Assembly (NCBI GenBank): GCA_963804165.1
Contig: CAWDPO010000010.1
Span: forward strand, 1 to 64,000
Reading direction: 5' to 3'
Length of the DNA stretch: 64,000 nucleotides
Origin: an uncultured delta proteobacterium
GTDB taxonomy: Bacteria; Desulfobacterota; Binatia; UBA9968
The position numbers and the translations under genes were made by a program. Below, piece by piece: positions 10,217-21,028 of the stretch. The stretch's first letter is position 1, and each line of letters opens with the position of its first letter. The notes beneath the pieces were generated by a model. It searched no databases. It had not been told where the DNA came from and was given only the letters and a program-made list of their open reading frames with translations.

Positions 10217-11212
10217 ATGTCGAAGTATCGAAAATGGGGTGGCCTTTTCGCCCGCGTTATCGCATTCACGCTGTGTGGGGCTGTGGCCCAGGCTGAGCAA
10301 CCAACGAAAATCCCCCGGATAGGATACCTAATTACTGGCTCTCTTTCCGCCGACTCGGACCGCATCGAGGCATTCCGCCAGGGACTGCGCGAACTTAGCT
10401 ATGTGGAGGGGACAAACATCGTCATTGACTGGCGGGCTGCCGACGGAAAACCCGATCGCCTCCCAGCGCTTGCGCAGGAGCTGGTTCGTCGCAAAGTAGA
10501 CGTCATCGTTTCGGCTGGTGGGGTGGTAACCCGGGCCGCCAAGGAAGCAACTTCTACGATTCCTATTGTCATGACCAATGAAGGCGATCCTGTTGGAACT
10601 GGGTTCGTTGCCAGCCTGGCGCGGCCTGGTGGAAACATCACCGGATTGTCAACGTTTGCCCCGGAGCTAAGCGGAAAACGACTGGGGCTTCTGAAGGAGA
10701 TTATTCCCAAGCTCTCCCGCGTGGCCGTCTTCGGGAGTTCGACTCTCCCGGACAACGCGCAAAGGTTAAGAGAGGTGGAGCTCGCCGCAAAGGCGTTCGC
10801 AATAAAGCTTCAATACCTAGACGTTCTAGGTCCCAAGGATATTGAGACCGCATTCCGAGCCGCAGTTAAGGGGCGGGCTGACGCAGTTCTTTGGCAGGTG
10901 GCGGGCGGCGTCGCCAATCCTCACCGAACACAGATTTTAGAACTCGCAGTAAAGAGCCGGCTCCCGGCGATATATCACAATAGCGCGTATGTGGACGCAG
11001 GTGGGCTTATGACCTACAGCCCGAGCGCTACCGACTTGGACCGGCGCGCCGGTACGTATGTGGACAAGATCCTGAAAGGTGCCAAGCCCGCCGACCTTGC
11101 AGTGGAGCAGCCGAAGAAGTTCGAGTTCATCATCAATCTGAAAGCAGCCAAGCAGATCGGCCTAACGATTCCGCCGAATGTGCTTGTCCGGGCGGATAAG
11201 GTGATCAAATGA
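10217..11212 (+). CDS. ABC transporter substrate-binding protein (ABC_sub_bind family)
   Basis: Same motifs as 4467-5516; C-terminus nearly identical. Confidence 0.92.
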   Translation: MSKYRKWGGLFARVIAFTLCGAVAQAEQPTKIPRIGYLITGSLSADSDRIEAFRQGLRELSYVEGTNIVIDWRAADGKPDRLPALAQELVRRKVDVIVSAGGVVTRAAKEATSTIPIVMTNEGDPVGTGFVASLARPGGNITGLSTFAPELSGKRLGLLKEIIPKLSRVAVFGSSTLPDNAQRLREVELAAKAFAIKLQYLDVLGPKDIETAFRAAVKGRADAVLWQVAGGVANPHRTQILELAVKSRLPAIYHNSAYVDAGGLMTYSPSATDLDRRAGTYVDKILKGAKPADLAVEQPKKFEFIINLKAAKQIGLTIPPNVLVRADKVIK

Positions 11213-11429
11213 TTTTAGATATGCTATTTCGGATTGGTTCTGCTGAAAAACGATATGAATGCTTCGACTGGGCTCAGCATGAACGGAAATTAATTAACGT
11301 TATTAAAGCCCTCTCCGTTCGCCCTGAGCAGCTTCGTCGAAGAGTGATTGGATTTGTTTTTGCAGAATCTAAGTTTTTAGGTTGAGGTCATTATCGAACG
11401 AGCTTTCCGCTTTCCAAAAGGTAAACGTT

Positions 11430-12788
11430 ATGCCTCAAGACTTGCGTAGCTATCTGGATCTGATCAAACAAAATCATCCGGAAGACTTCCTCACTGTCTC
11501 CCGTGAAGTCGACCCCGCCTTTGAAATCACCGCGATTACGGTGAAGCTCGAGCAGGAAGCCAAGCGGCGGCCGATTATACTTTTCGAGAAAGTTAAAGGC
11601 ACCAAGTTTCCCGTGCTGACCAACCTCCACGCCGGCCGCTCACGATTGGCGACGGCGATCCATGCCAAGCCAGAGGAGATGCAACGAGCCTATCTTCGCG
11701 CGATGGAAAAACCGATTGCACCAAAGGTGGTTTCCAAAGCGCCGGTGAAAGAGGTGGTTCTCACCGGCGACCAGATCGATCTTCATAAGCTGCCGCAAAT
11801 TCTCCATCATCAAGAAGACGCCGGCGCGTACATCACGGCGGCCATTTCTTTTGCCAAAGATCCTAGCAGCGATACCTGGAATTGCGCCTACAATCGGCTG
11901 ATGATCAAAAGCCGCGACACAACGTCGATTCATCTCACGTTGGCCAAGCATCTGTGGGAATTTCAACGCGCCGCCGAAGCTCAAGGAAAATCGTTGCCGG
12001 TGGCTTTCGCCATCGGCGTCCATCCGGCCATTGCGCTGGGCTGTCTTGCGATCGGCTCCATCGATGAGGACGAGCGCGCGATCATGGGTGGCTTGCTTGG
12101 TGAACCTTTAGAGCTCATCAAGTGCGAGACTTCCGACCTCCTCGTTCCCGCCCAAGCGGAGATGATCCTCGATGGAGAAATCTTGCCGCACGAGCGCACG
12201 CCGGAAGGTCCTTTCGGTGAGTTCACCGGCTACAGCCTCGGCGAGCGGCAACGCGAAGTGGTGAAAGTGCGCGCGATCACGCACCGCCGCGATGCGATTT
12301 TTCAAGACATCACAGTGGGACATCTCGATCATCTGATGCTTTCGACTACGCCGATCGAAGCGAATCTGTACCGCGCCGTTCGCGCGATGGTGCCAACGGT
12401 GAAAGCCGTGCGCGTGCCGGCGCCGTTCACTTGCTACCTGTCCATCGAGCAACGCATCTCGGGCCAGGCCAAAAATGCGATCCTTGCCGTTCTCGGCGCG
12501 GATCTTTACATGAAACGGGTTGTAGTGGTTGACCACGACGTGGACGTTTTCAACGACCGGCAGGTCAATTGGGCGATCGCGACGCGCTGCCAACCGGATC
12601 GCGACATCGCCATCGTCACGAATGCCCGCGGCTCGGACCTCGATCCGTCAACCAAAGAAGACGGCAACACCGCAAAGTGGGGAGTCGATGCGACAGCCAA
12701 ACCTTCGCTTGCGGCGTTTACGCCGCGCCACCGGATACCGAAAGAAGTGTGGCAGCGCATTAACCTCAAAGATTTCACCGGCAAGTAG
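11430..12788 (+). CDS. UbiD-family prFMN-dependent (de)carboxylase, second paralog
   Basis: EGPFGEFTGYS, VVVVDHDVDV, WAIATRCQPDRD, LDPS. Confidence 0.92.
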   Translation: MPQDLRSYLDLIKQNHPEDFLTVSREVDPAFEITAITVKLEQEAKRRPIILFEKVKGTKFPVLTNLHAGRSRLATAIHAKPEEMQRAYLRAMEKPIAPKVVSKAPVKEVVLTGDQIDLHKLPQILHHQEDAGAYITAAISFAKDPSSDTWNCAYNRLMIKSRDTTSIHLTLAKHLWEFQRAAEAQGKSLPVAFAIGVHPAIALGCLAIGSIDEDERAIMGGLLGEPLELIKCETSDLLVPAQAEMILDGEILPHERTPEGPFGEFTGYSLGERQREVVKVRAITHRRDAIFQDITVGHLDHLMLSTTPIEANLYRAVRAMVPTVKAVRVPAPFTCYLSIEQRISGQAKNAILAVLGADLYMKRVVVVDHDVDVFNDRQVNWAIATRCQPDRDIAIVTNARGSDLDPSTKEDGNTAKWGVDATAKPSLAAFTPRHRIPKEVWQRINLKDFTGK

Positions 12789-12798
12789 GGATGGGAAC

Positions 12799-12875
12799 GG
12801 GTTCAAAGTTCAAGGTTCAATGTTCAAAGTTAAGTCTAGCTCGCCCCTCTGTCCTTGAACCTTGAACTTTGAACT
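12799..12875. repeat. Palindrome with 7-bp periodic GTTCAA/TTGAAC arms
   Basis: ggttcaaagttcaaggttcaatgttcaaagtt ... ccttgaaccttgaactttgaac. Confidence 0.8.
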
Positions 12876-12884
12876 AATTTAGTC

Positions 12885-14282
12885 ATGCAAGAAAACTTTG
12901 TCTGCGCCGTCGAATCCAGCGCGCGCCGCTTCGGTGCCAAGGCGGCGGTGCTGTGCGACGATGCCAAGCTCACCTGGTCGGAGCTCGACGCTTTCGCCGC
13001 GGGTTTCGCTCACCATCTTTCAACCCAAGGCGTCACTGCCGGCGATCGGGTTGCGATCTTGTTACCGAACGGAGTCGAATTTGTCGTCGCATTTCTAGCG
13101 ATTCTCAAATTAGGAGCAACGCCGGCGCCGCTTAATCCGCAAATCAAAGACGAAGAGCTGACCGCATTCAGAGCCGATCTTAGACCGAAATCGACCGTGG
13201 ATCGCATTCGACTGAGTCGTGGTTCCTGGCAAACAATCCATAGCGTCAGCGCGCCTTCGTTAGTTCTCTACACGTCAGGAAGCACCGGCCGGCCCAAAGG
13301 CGCCGTCTTCAGTCACGACGCTCTGAGCTTCGCCAATCATTCCTGGGCAGAACCGGTTATGGGCCTCACCCCCGACGATACAGTGCTCGCGGCTGTTCCA
13401 TTGGCACACTCACTGGGTCTCAACGGCGGTCTCTTGGCGCCGCTTTTGACCGGCGCGACTATTGTCATACTTGAACGATTCACGCCGGAAGCGGTCTTCG
13501 CGGCGATTAAAAAGCATCGTGTGACCGTTTTGCCGGCCGTCGCCACGATTTTTCGCCGCTTGCTAAACTCGGCGGCGTTTTCCGCAAGCGACCTCTCCAG
13601 CCTGCGTTTGGCCGTTGCCGGCGCTGCGCCGTGTCCGTGGGAGTTGGCCGTCGAATGGCAAGAAAAAACATCGACGCGAATCGTCCGCGGTTATGGCATG
13701 ACGGAATTATTTCGCCCGTTGTCTTTTCGCGCCGCCGATCCGATCGACGTCCCAAATGCCGTCGGCAAACCGGTGCCGGATGTAAAAATACAAATCGCCA
13801 CAGATGACGCAGTCAGCCGCGACGGCATCGGCGAGCTCTGGATCAAATCGCCCGCGATGATGGACGGCTATCTAGATGCCCCCGATGAAACGAACGAAGT
13901 CATCGCCGACGGCTGGTTCAAGACCGGTGATCTAGCGACGGTCTCGTCCCAGGGCTATGTCGAGATCGTTGGCCGCAAGCGCGAGCGCATTCTCAGAGGC
14001 GGCTATTCCGTCTTTCCCCAGGAGGTCGAAGCGGTGTTGCTTTCTCACCACGCCGTCGCCGAGGCGGCCGTTGTGGCCATTCCCGACGCCGATCTTGGCG
14101 AGGAGGTTGCGGCCTTCGTCAGCGTGAAGCGCGGCGCGCATATCGGCGCTGAAGAGTTGCTTGATTACTGCAAAGATCACCTGGCCCGATACAAATACCC
14201 GCGAAAAGTCCGCATCGTACCTGAACTGCCCAAAGGCCCCACGGGAAAAATTCTAAAATCGGCGCTCGTCGAGATAAAATAA
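12885..14282 (+). CDS. AMP-binding acyl/aryl-CoA ligase
   Basis: YTSGSTGRPKG, GYGMTE, GWFKTGD, LPKGPTGKI. Confidence 0.9.
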   Translation: MQENFVCAVESSARRFGAKAAVLCDDAKLTWSELDAFAAGFAHHLSTQGVTAGDRVAILLPNGVEFVVAFLAILKLGATPAPLNPQIKDEELTAFRADLRPKSTVDRIRLSRGSWQTIHSVSAPSLVLYTSGSTGRPKGAVFSHDALSFANHSWAEPVMGLTPDDTVLAAVPLAHSLGLNGGLLAPLLTGATIVILERFTPEAVFAAIKKHRVTVLPAVATIFRRLLNSAAFSASDLSSLRLAVAGAAPCPWELAVEWQEKTSTRIVRGYGMTELFRPLSFRAADPIDVPNAVGKPVPDVKIQIATDDAVSRDGIGELWIKSPAMMDGYLDAPDETNEVIADGWFKTGDLATVSSQGYVEIVGRKRERILRGGYSVFPQEVEAVLLSHHAVAEAAVVAIPDADLGEEVAAFVSVKRGAHIGAEELLDYCKDHLARYKYPRKVRIVPELPKGPTGKILKSALVEIK

Positions 14283-14303
14283 AAGCGGGGCGACGGAGGC
14301 ACC

Positions 14304-15344
14304 ATGGGATGCAAACTCATACTTTCGACGGCGGTGCTTCTCGCTCTTGTCTACTCCGGCTCGGACGCGCGAGGGCAAGATTTCTTCAAGGGTAAAACGC
14401 TTCAGATCATCCTCGGCTACCCGACCGGCGGCGGCGTCGATGCCGAGGGACGTCTGCTCGGGAAATATCTGGAGCGACATCTGCCGGGCAATCCGGCTGT
14501 GACCGTGCGCAACATGCCCGGCGCCGCCGGATTGATCGCCGCCAACTGGTTCGAGCAGTTCGCCAAACCCGACGGCCTGCATCTTTATTACGGCAGCTCG
14601 ACGAACATCGTCGAGCAAGCCTTCGGCCGCGAAGAGGTGAAATATAATCTGCTGAATTGGGATCTTGTCGGCGCGATTCTGCGCGGTACACCCATCGCGC
14701 TGATGCGTCCGGACAAGATCGACCGCTTGAAAAGCGGCAAGGCGCTCGCCGTCGGTTCGCGCTCCGGCGAAGACACCTGGAATGCGATGTTTTTGTGGGG
14801 CGCCGAGTATCTCAAGTGGAACGTCCGCTGGGTTCTCGGCTACGGCGGCGGCAGTGAAATGCGCATGGCATTCCAGCGCGGCGAGACCGATATCTACGCG
14901 ACGTCCAACCTGGTGGCTCTCAAGGAGCTTATGGCCGAAGGTTTTCAGCCCTTCGTGCAAAAGGGCAGATTGCTAGCCGACGGCTCCTCGAAAAAGCGAG
15001 TGGAGTTTCCCAAAGTCCCGTTGTTCGACGAGTTATTGGGTGGGCAAAAACCTACGGGCGTTTCCTGGCAGGCCTATATTACGATTGCTGGGGCTGACGA
15101 TTCCGGCCGGCCATTGCAGGTTGCGAAGAAAACTCCGCCGGAAATCGTTAAACTCTATCGTGACACCATGGCGCGCATCGAAAAGGACAAAGAATTCGCT
15201 GCGGAGTTGGCGAAGGTCGCCGGCGACGACGCCGAGATGCTTTCCCACGCAGAAAGCGAACCGGTGCTGCGCCGGCTGCTCACCCTCTCTCCCGGAGCCA
15301 AAGAGTTCGCGCAAAATATGATGAAGAAGTATTTGAATCGGTGA
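14304..15344 (+). CDS. TctC/Bug-like tripartite tricarboxylate transporter receptor (divergent copy 1)
   Basis: FFKGKT.....P.GGGVD, PGNP....NMPGAAG, KPDG. Confidence 0.82.
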   Translation: MGCKLILSTAVLLALVYSGSDARGQDFFKGKTLQIILGYPTGGGVDAEGRLLGKYLERHLPGNPAVTVRNMPGAAGLIAANWFEQFAKPDGLHLYYGSSTNIVEQAFGREEVKYNLLNWDLVGAILRGTPIALMRPDKIDRLKSGKALAVGSRSGEDTWNAMFLWGAEYLKWNVRWVLGYGGGSEMRMAFQRGETDIYATSNLVALKELMAEGFQPFVQKGRLLADGSSKKRVEFPKVPLFDELLGGQKPTGVSWQAYITIAGADDSGRPLQVAKKTPPEIVKLYRDTMARIEKDKEFAAELAKVAGDDAEMLSHAESEPVLRRLLTLSPGAKEFAQNMMKKYLNR

Positions 15345-15410
15345 GTGAACGACACGGCTTGAACTGTTTCAGCGGCTTGAACGATTGGAACAACCCAAAG
15401 GAGCGCTCGC

Positions 15411-15701
15411 ATGATTTATGAAATCCTCAGCCAACACGTCGAACCGGAGAAGCGGGACGAGTACATCAAAGTCTTCGGCGACATTTTAAAGAAAGCCAAC
15501 TACGCCGGCTCGCACGGGATTAAATTTTTCACCAGCGTCGAAGATCCAAGCCGCGTGATGCTCATGATCGAGTGGGACAGCGTCGAAGCCCACACTCAGC
15601 ACCGCGGCACGCCGACCCACAACGCCATGCGAGAAGCGACCGCGCGTTATCAAACCCAGAAAAGCGACGGCGGTCATTTTTTACTGCACGAAGTCAAATA
15701 A
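15411..15701 (+). CDS. Antibiotic biosynthesis monooxygenase (ABM)-domain protein
   Basis: 96 aa, SVEDPSRVMLMIEWDSVEAH. Confidence 0.8.
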   Translation: MIYEILSQHVEPEKRDEYIKVFGDILKKANYAGSHGIKFFTSVEDPSRVMLMIEWDSVEAHTQHRGTPTHNAMREATARYQTQKSDGGHFLLHEVK

Positions 15702-15759
15702 CTCGCGTTCGTGGTACGTGATCGGGGACATCTAAACAAATCATCTAGAGAGACAACAG

Positions 15760-16950
15760 ATGGACGCACAAGAAAACGAAACAATGACCCGCGTTGGGCC
15801 AGGAACGCCTGCTGGGGAAACGTTGCGGCGTTATTGGTTACCCATAAACTTCTCCGACGAAGTCAAAACGGACGAGCCCAAGATTGTCCGCCGCCTCGCG
15901 GAAGACCTTTTGCTGTTCCGCGACGAATTCGGTCGAGTGGGCTTAACCGAACCCGTGTGCCCGCATCGTGGCGCGTCGCTCGAATACGGCTGGATCGAAG
16001 GCGGCGGTATCCGCTGCTGCTATCACGGCTGGGTCTACGACGTGAGTGGCCGCTGCATCGAGCAGCCCGGCGAGCCGGCCGGAAGTAACTTCAAAGATAA
16101 GATCAAGCTCAAAGCCTACCCGACTCGCGAGCATGGCGGCATCGTCTGGGCTTATATGGGTCCCGGGGAACCGCCGCCCTTTCCACGCTACGACTTCCTT
16201 GTCCGCGAAGATGGCGAGCGCACGCTGAATGGTTACCTGCGCGAGTGTAACTTCATGAACCAGCTCGACAACTGTCTCGATCCTGTGCACGCGACGATCC
16301 TGCATGGCCGCGATGTGAATGGCGTGCGGCAGAATCCGGAGCGCGCCGAAAGCCCTGAGTTTGAAGTGCTCGCCGACGATCTATTCGCCAGCTACGTTGC
16401 GCGCCGCCAAGGACCCGAACCAGGGAAAGAATGGCACCGCGAAGTTTCCTACACGCCGCCGATTCTCGTTATCCACGACGGTGGCTCGCCACCCGGCGAT
16501 TCTAACGAGTACTTTGCCGACGTCGCTTGGCGTATGCCGGTGGACGACTACAATACGCTATCTTTCATTCTCAAATTCTACCCGTTCAAAGAAGGCAAAT
16601 CGACGATTCGCCCGCCGCGGAACTCGCCGAAGCCGCCGCCACTCCTGCGCGGCACCCATGTGAAATTCGACATGACGACGGTCAACGGCCAAGACGCCGC
16701 GGCGCAGATCAGTCAGGGTCACATCGCGGATCGAACGGCAGAACATCTTGGCTTCTCGGACCGCGGCGTCATCCAAGTGCGCAAGCTCTGGTTGTCGGCA
16801 ATCCAAGCGGTTCAGCGCGGCGACGATCCACCCGGCATCCTGCGCGATCTCAAAGAGAGTGAAATGCTTCACTTTGACGTCATTGGCTCAGGCCGGCTGG
16901 TGAACAAGGGCGAGCTGGTCGAACATCTGCCGCGTATCGTGAGGATATAG
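15760..16950 (+). CDS. Rieske non-heme iron oxygenase alpha subunit (phthalate 4,5-dioxygenase-like group)
   Basis: CPHRG..CCYHGW Rieske motif, DPVH....H iron site, TRVGPGTP N-terminus, EHLGFSDRG. Confidence 0.88.
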   Translation: MDAQENETMTRVGPGTPAGETLRRYWLPINFSDEVKTDEPKIVRRLAEDLLLFRDEFGRVGLTEPVCPHRGASLEYGWIEGGGIRCCYHGWVYDVSGRCIEQPGEPAGSNFKDKIKLKAYPTREHGGIVWAYMGPGEPPPFPRYDFLVREDGERTLNGYLRECNFMNQLDNCLDPVHATILHGRDVNGVRQNPERAESPEFEVLADDLFASYVARRQGPEPGKEWHREVSYTPPILVIHDGGSPPGDSNEYFADVAWRMPVDDYNTLSFILKFYPFKEGKSTIRPPRNSPKPPPLLRGTHVKFDMTTVNGQDAAAQISQGHIADRTAEHLGFSDRGVIQVRKLWLSAIQAVQRGDDPPGILRDLKESEMLHFDVIGSGRLVNKGELVEHLPRIVRI

Positions 16951-17148
16951 CAGGCTGATGACTGGAGTGATGGAGTGATGGAGTGTTGGAAGATCGAAGA
17001 TTGAGGATCGAGAATGGAGGATGGTAACTCGTCAGACCATGATTTCCGGCTGGGACCACTGTCTATCACCATGGGAATCGTCCAAAACGGTAGAATTCCT
17101 CGGTCCCTTCGCTTCCTCGGAATGGCATAGAATCATAAGGACTAAATC

Positions 17149-18262
17149 GTGGGCCAAACATCTCGCCGCGGTTTTCTAACTCTTTTCGCTCTATTCGCGG
17201 TACTTGCCGGAGGAGAGCTTTTCGCCGCCCAAGCTCCGGCGAATTGGAAAGCCGATTGGGAAGCGGCACAAAAAGCGGCGGAGAAAGAAGGCCGGTTAGT
17301 GATCTACGGACCAACCGGCGTCGATCAGCAAAAACTCTACACCGAAATTTTTCAGCAGGCTTTCCCCAAGATCAAAGTGAATTATACACCGGGACGGATG
17401 AGCGAGGTTATTTCGAGCATCATGGCCGAGCAACGCGCCGGGATGCGCCAGGCCGATCTGGTTCTCGGCGGGACGGATATTTTGCTCGGAACGCTGAAAG
17501 ACAAAGGGTTCCTTCAACCGATTCGTCCGGCTGTAATATTGCCTGAAGTACTCGACACGACCGCTTGGTTCAAAAGCAAGCTTTGGTTTGCCGACAACGA
17601 AGAGAAGTTTATTCCCATGTGGCGCGCCGTGCCCTACACCGCCGCCTGCATCAATACCCATCTCGTCAAACCTAGCGAGCTAAAAAGCTACTGGGACCTT
17701 TTGCAGCCCAAGTGGAAAGGAAAAATTGTTTCGCAAGATTTGCGCATCGGCAGCGCGCGCAATCAGATGTACACAGTCTATTTTCGCAAAGATCTCGGCC
17801 CGGAATATCTAAAGCGCCTTTACGGCGAGATGGATGTTGCGATCTCGCGTAATCTGCCGCAAATCGCCGACTGGGTTGCCGGCGGCAAGTTTGCCATCGC
17901 CATCGGCGGCGTCGATTGCGATGATCTGGCCGCCAAGGGGCTACCGGTCGTTGCGATCCACTTTGAAGGCATTGCCGCTGTCGGCGCCGGCACGGACCCG
18001 GCCTCCTGGCTCGCATCCTCGCCGAACACCAACGCCGCCAAAGTTTTTCTTAAATTGGATCTTAAGCCGAGATGGACAGACCCAATTTCAAAAACTCACT
18101 CGCGAGAACTCGCTCCGCGTCGACATCCCCAAAGAAGGCATCGTCAATCCACTTTACATCCTCGACCCCAAGCGCGAATATCTTTTCACCGGACTGGAAG
18201 AGCACAAAGACAAAATCAACGAATTTCGCCCCTGGCTCGAGGCGCTCGTGATAAAAAAGTAC
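17149..18262 (+). CDS. Extracellular solute-binding protein (Fe3+/polyamine-like ABC family); frameshift near 18050, 3' end approximate
   Basis: AAEKEGRLVIY, SYWDLLQPKWKGKI, NAAKVF/LNWILSRDGQ. Confidence 0.78.
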
Positions 18263-18323
18263 GTGTGCTGCAACACGGAATGTCCTTTCGGGAGGAAGGC
18301 TACACCCCGAAAATCAACCTTTG

Positions 18324-18435
18324 CGAAGCTCATCAAACACCGCGGCACACCGCCCAACGCCATGCGCGAAGCCACCGCGCGCTATCAGACTCAAACTAGC
18401 GACGGCGGACATTTTTACTGCACGAATTCAAAGAA
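18324..18435 (+). pseudogene. Degenerate duplicate of the 3' end of the ABM gene (15584-15701)
   Basis: caccgcggcac..caacgccatgcg.gaagc.accgcgcg.tatca.ac.ca.a..agcgacggcgg.cattttt.actgcacgaa at both sites. Confidence 0.85.
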
Positions 18436-18609
18436 TTGAACTGTGAAGACCGAGGTATTGAATCCTAAGCGCTCATGGTTCGTCCAATAATACGGTCATT
18501 GCATCTTGACGCCCGTTCGTGATTTCGATAAGCGTTGGCGCGAATCGATTCCGAGCCCGTTGCGAGTGAACTTGATCGACAGAAGCTCTTAATTTCCGGG
18601 AGATGCAAG

Positions 18610-19644
18610 ATGAAGAAAGCATGGCTGTTGATTCTGAGTTCGTTGCTGTGGATTCCGAGCGCATTCGCGCAAGCGCCGTTCTACCAGGGAAAAACCATTC
18701 GCGTCATCGTCGGCACGCCGCCGGGCAATCTCTACGATCTCTGGGCGCGACTGATCGTCGACCACTTGGGCAAAAATATTCCGGGAAATCCCAATTTTAT
18801 CGTGCAGAACATGCCGGGCGCCGGCCATGTCGTCGCGGTCAATCACCTGTATTCCAACGTGAAGCCCGACGGGCTAACTATTATCGGTTCGGTCATACCG
18901 TCGCTCTATCTCAATCAGATCATTGGCCGTTCGGAGATCCAATTTGATTGGGCGAAGTTCAGTTGGATCGGCTCACCGGCACGCGGCACCAGCCAGATGT
19001 ACATGCGCGCGGACAGCCCTTACAAGACCATCGAGGACGTGCGCACCGCCAAGGAACCGCCCAAGTGCGGCGCTACCGGAGTCACCGGTCCGGATTCGTA
19101 TTTGCCAAAACTCCTGCAGGAAACCGTCGGCGCAAAATTCAATATCGTGACCGGATATCCAGGCGGCACGGACATCGACCTCGGCGTCGAACGCGGCGAG
19201 ATCCATTGCCGCGCTTTCACCATCGAGGCATTCTTCGGTCGCGAGCCTTATCACACTTGGCGCAAGAATGGGTTCGTGCATCATATTTTTCAGACCGGCA
19301 AAACGCGCGATGCTCGATTGCCGCAAACTCCCACGGTCTTCGAGATCATGGACAAGTATAAGACGAATCAATCAGGCCGCGGCCTGGCCACCGTGCTGCT
19401 CGGCGCCGACGGCATGGGCAGGCCGATGTTCGGCCCTCCCGGCCTCCCGGCGGATCTGCTGAAAACTCTGCGAGACGCCTATGCCAAAACCATGGCCGAT
19501 GAACAATTCCGCGCGGAAGTCAAAAAAAGAAATTACGAGTTCGATCCGGTAGCCGGCGACGAGTTGCAGACACTGGCCAAGGAACTTACCAGCCAACCGC
19601 CGGAAGTGATCGAACGTTTGAAAAAAGTGTTGGGGCCCAAGTAA
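18610..19644 (+). CDS. TctC/Bug-like receptor (copy 2)
   Basis: FYQGKTIRVIVGTPPG..YD, PGNP...QNMPGAG, GYPGG....L.VERGE. Confidence 0.88.
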   Translation: MKKAWLLILSSLLWIPSAFAQAPFYQGKTIRVIVGTPPGNLYDLWARLIVDHLGKNIPGNPNFIVQNMPGAGHVVAVNHLYSNVKPDGLTIIGSVIPSLYLNQIIGRSEIQFDWAKFSWIGSPARGTSQMYMRADSPYKTIEDVRTAKEPPKCGATGVTGPDSYLPKLLQETVGAKFNIVTGYPGGTDIDLGVERGEIHCRAFTIEAFFGREPYHTWRKNGFVHHIFQTGKTRDARLPQTPTVFEIMDKYKTNQSGRGLATVLLGADGMGRPMFGPPGLPADLLKTLRDAYAKTMADEQFRAEVKKRNYEFDPVAGDELQTLAKELTSQPPEVIERLKKVLGPK

Positions 19645-19776
19645 TGCGACATCGCCGACTACTGGAATATCAACGGAATGACAGCGATGTCGGCCATTTT
19701 TGCGCACCCTGCAAGACTATGACGGCCATCCGTTAACCTCGTTGCCTCGTCAGAGATTTGTCCCAGGGGAGACTTT

Positions 19777-20847
19777 ATGAAATCCAAAAACAAAGCCGTG
19801 TTTTCTAGAGCAGTCTTATTGAGTGCGCTCGCCGGACTGGTGTCGTCCGCGCCTGGGGCGGCCCAAACCTCGTTCTTCCAAGGCAAGACCATCACGATCG
19901 TTCAAGGCCGCGATCCCGGCGGCACGGGAGATCTGCGGGTTAGAGCGCTCGTGCCATTCCTGCAGAAATATATTCCGGGAAACCCGACGATCCTGATGGA
20001 ATTCATGCCTGGCGGCGGCAGCCGCAAAGCCGCCAATCACGTGTTCCGGTCGTCCCGTCCCGACGGACTGACGATCGGCAACTTGAGCTCCGGCATGGTT
20101 TCGCTCGCCATACTCGGCGAATCCGGCGTGCTCTACGACATCGACAAATTCCACTACCTGGGCTCGCCTTACAGCACGTATCATTCGGTGTTCGTCACCC
20201 GTAAAGACGCCGGCTTCGACAGCCTCGATAAGCTGCGCGCCGCCACCGGGGTCAAAATCGGCGGCCAGTCGGTCGGCTTCTCCACTTACAATGAAGGCCG
20301 TCTTTTCGTCTACATGCTCGGCCTCAAAGATGCGCTGTTCATCGCCGCCTTCGGCGGCGCCGAGCTCGATCCCGCGATGATGCGCGGCGAGATCGATGGG
20401 CGCGCCACCGGCCCGGACACGATCCTGTCGCGGAACCGCGATTGGCTCGAAAAAGGTCTAGTCAACATTCACGCGATTATGGAAACTCCGAGAGGCGACA
20501 AACATCCCCATCCAGCTCTTCGCCAAACTTCCCGAGATCGAAACTTTTGCTAAGAATGACCGCGAGCGCAAGATGCTTGCCTTCAGCGCGGATTCCGCGT
20601 CACCGGCACGCCATTCGTGCTGCCGCCCGGGACACCCAAGGACCGTGTCGACATCCTGAAGGAGGCTTTCCGCAAGACCTATCTGGATCCGGAATTCGCC
20701 AAAGAATATCGGAAACTCACCGCCGACGATCCGACACCCCTGCTGCCGGAGAATCACGAGAAGGCCATCAGAGAAGTCCCGCGCGACCCGGAGGCAATCG
20801 AACTGTTCAAAATCATCGCGGGCCCAAAGAAACTGCCGCCGCGGTGA
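19777..20847 (+). CDS. TctC/Bug-like receptor (copy 3; frameshifted near 20520-20590)
   Basis: FFQGKT..QGRDPGGTGD, PGNP, ends LPPR. Confidence 0.88.
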
Positions 20848-20854
20848 ATTGTGT

Positions 20855-20986
20855 GTTCAATCGTTCAAGCCGTTCAACCGCTTCGCTCAGTTCAATCCCC
20901 CTCCTTGCATCCTCCCCCGCGACGCGGGGGAGGAACAGGAGAACGATTGGAACGCTTTGAGCGCTTGCGGTTGAACGTATTGAACC
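20855..20986. repeat. GTTCAA/TTGAAC 9-bp-period palindrome with a nested GC hairpin
   Basis: gttcaatcgttcaagccgttcaa ... ctcccccgcgacgcgggggag ... ttgaacgtattgaac. Confidence 0.8.
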
Positions 20987-21028
20987 TTCACCGAGGCCGT
21001 AAGTCCGGCAGCGTCACGGAGATCGATC

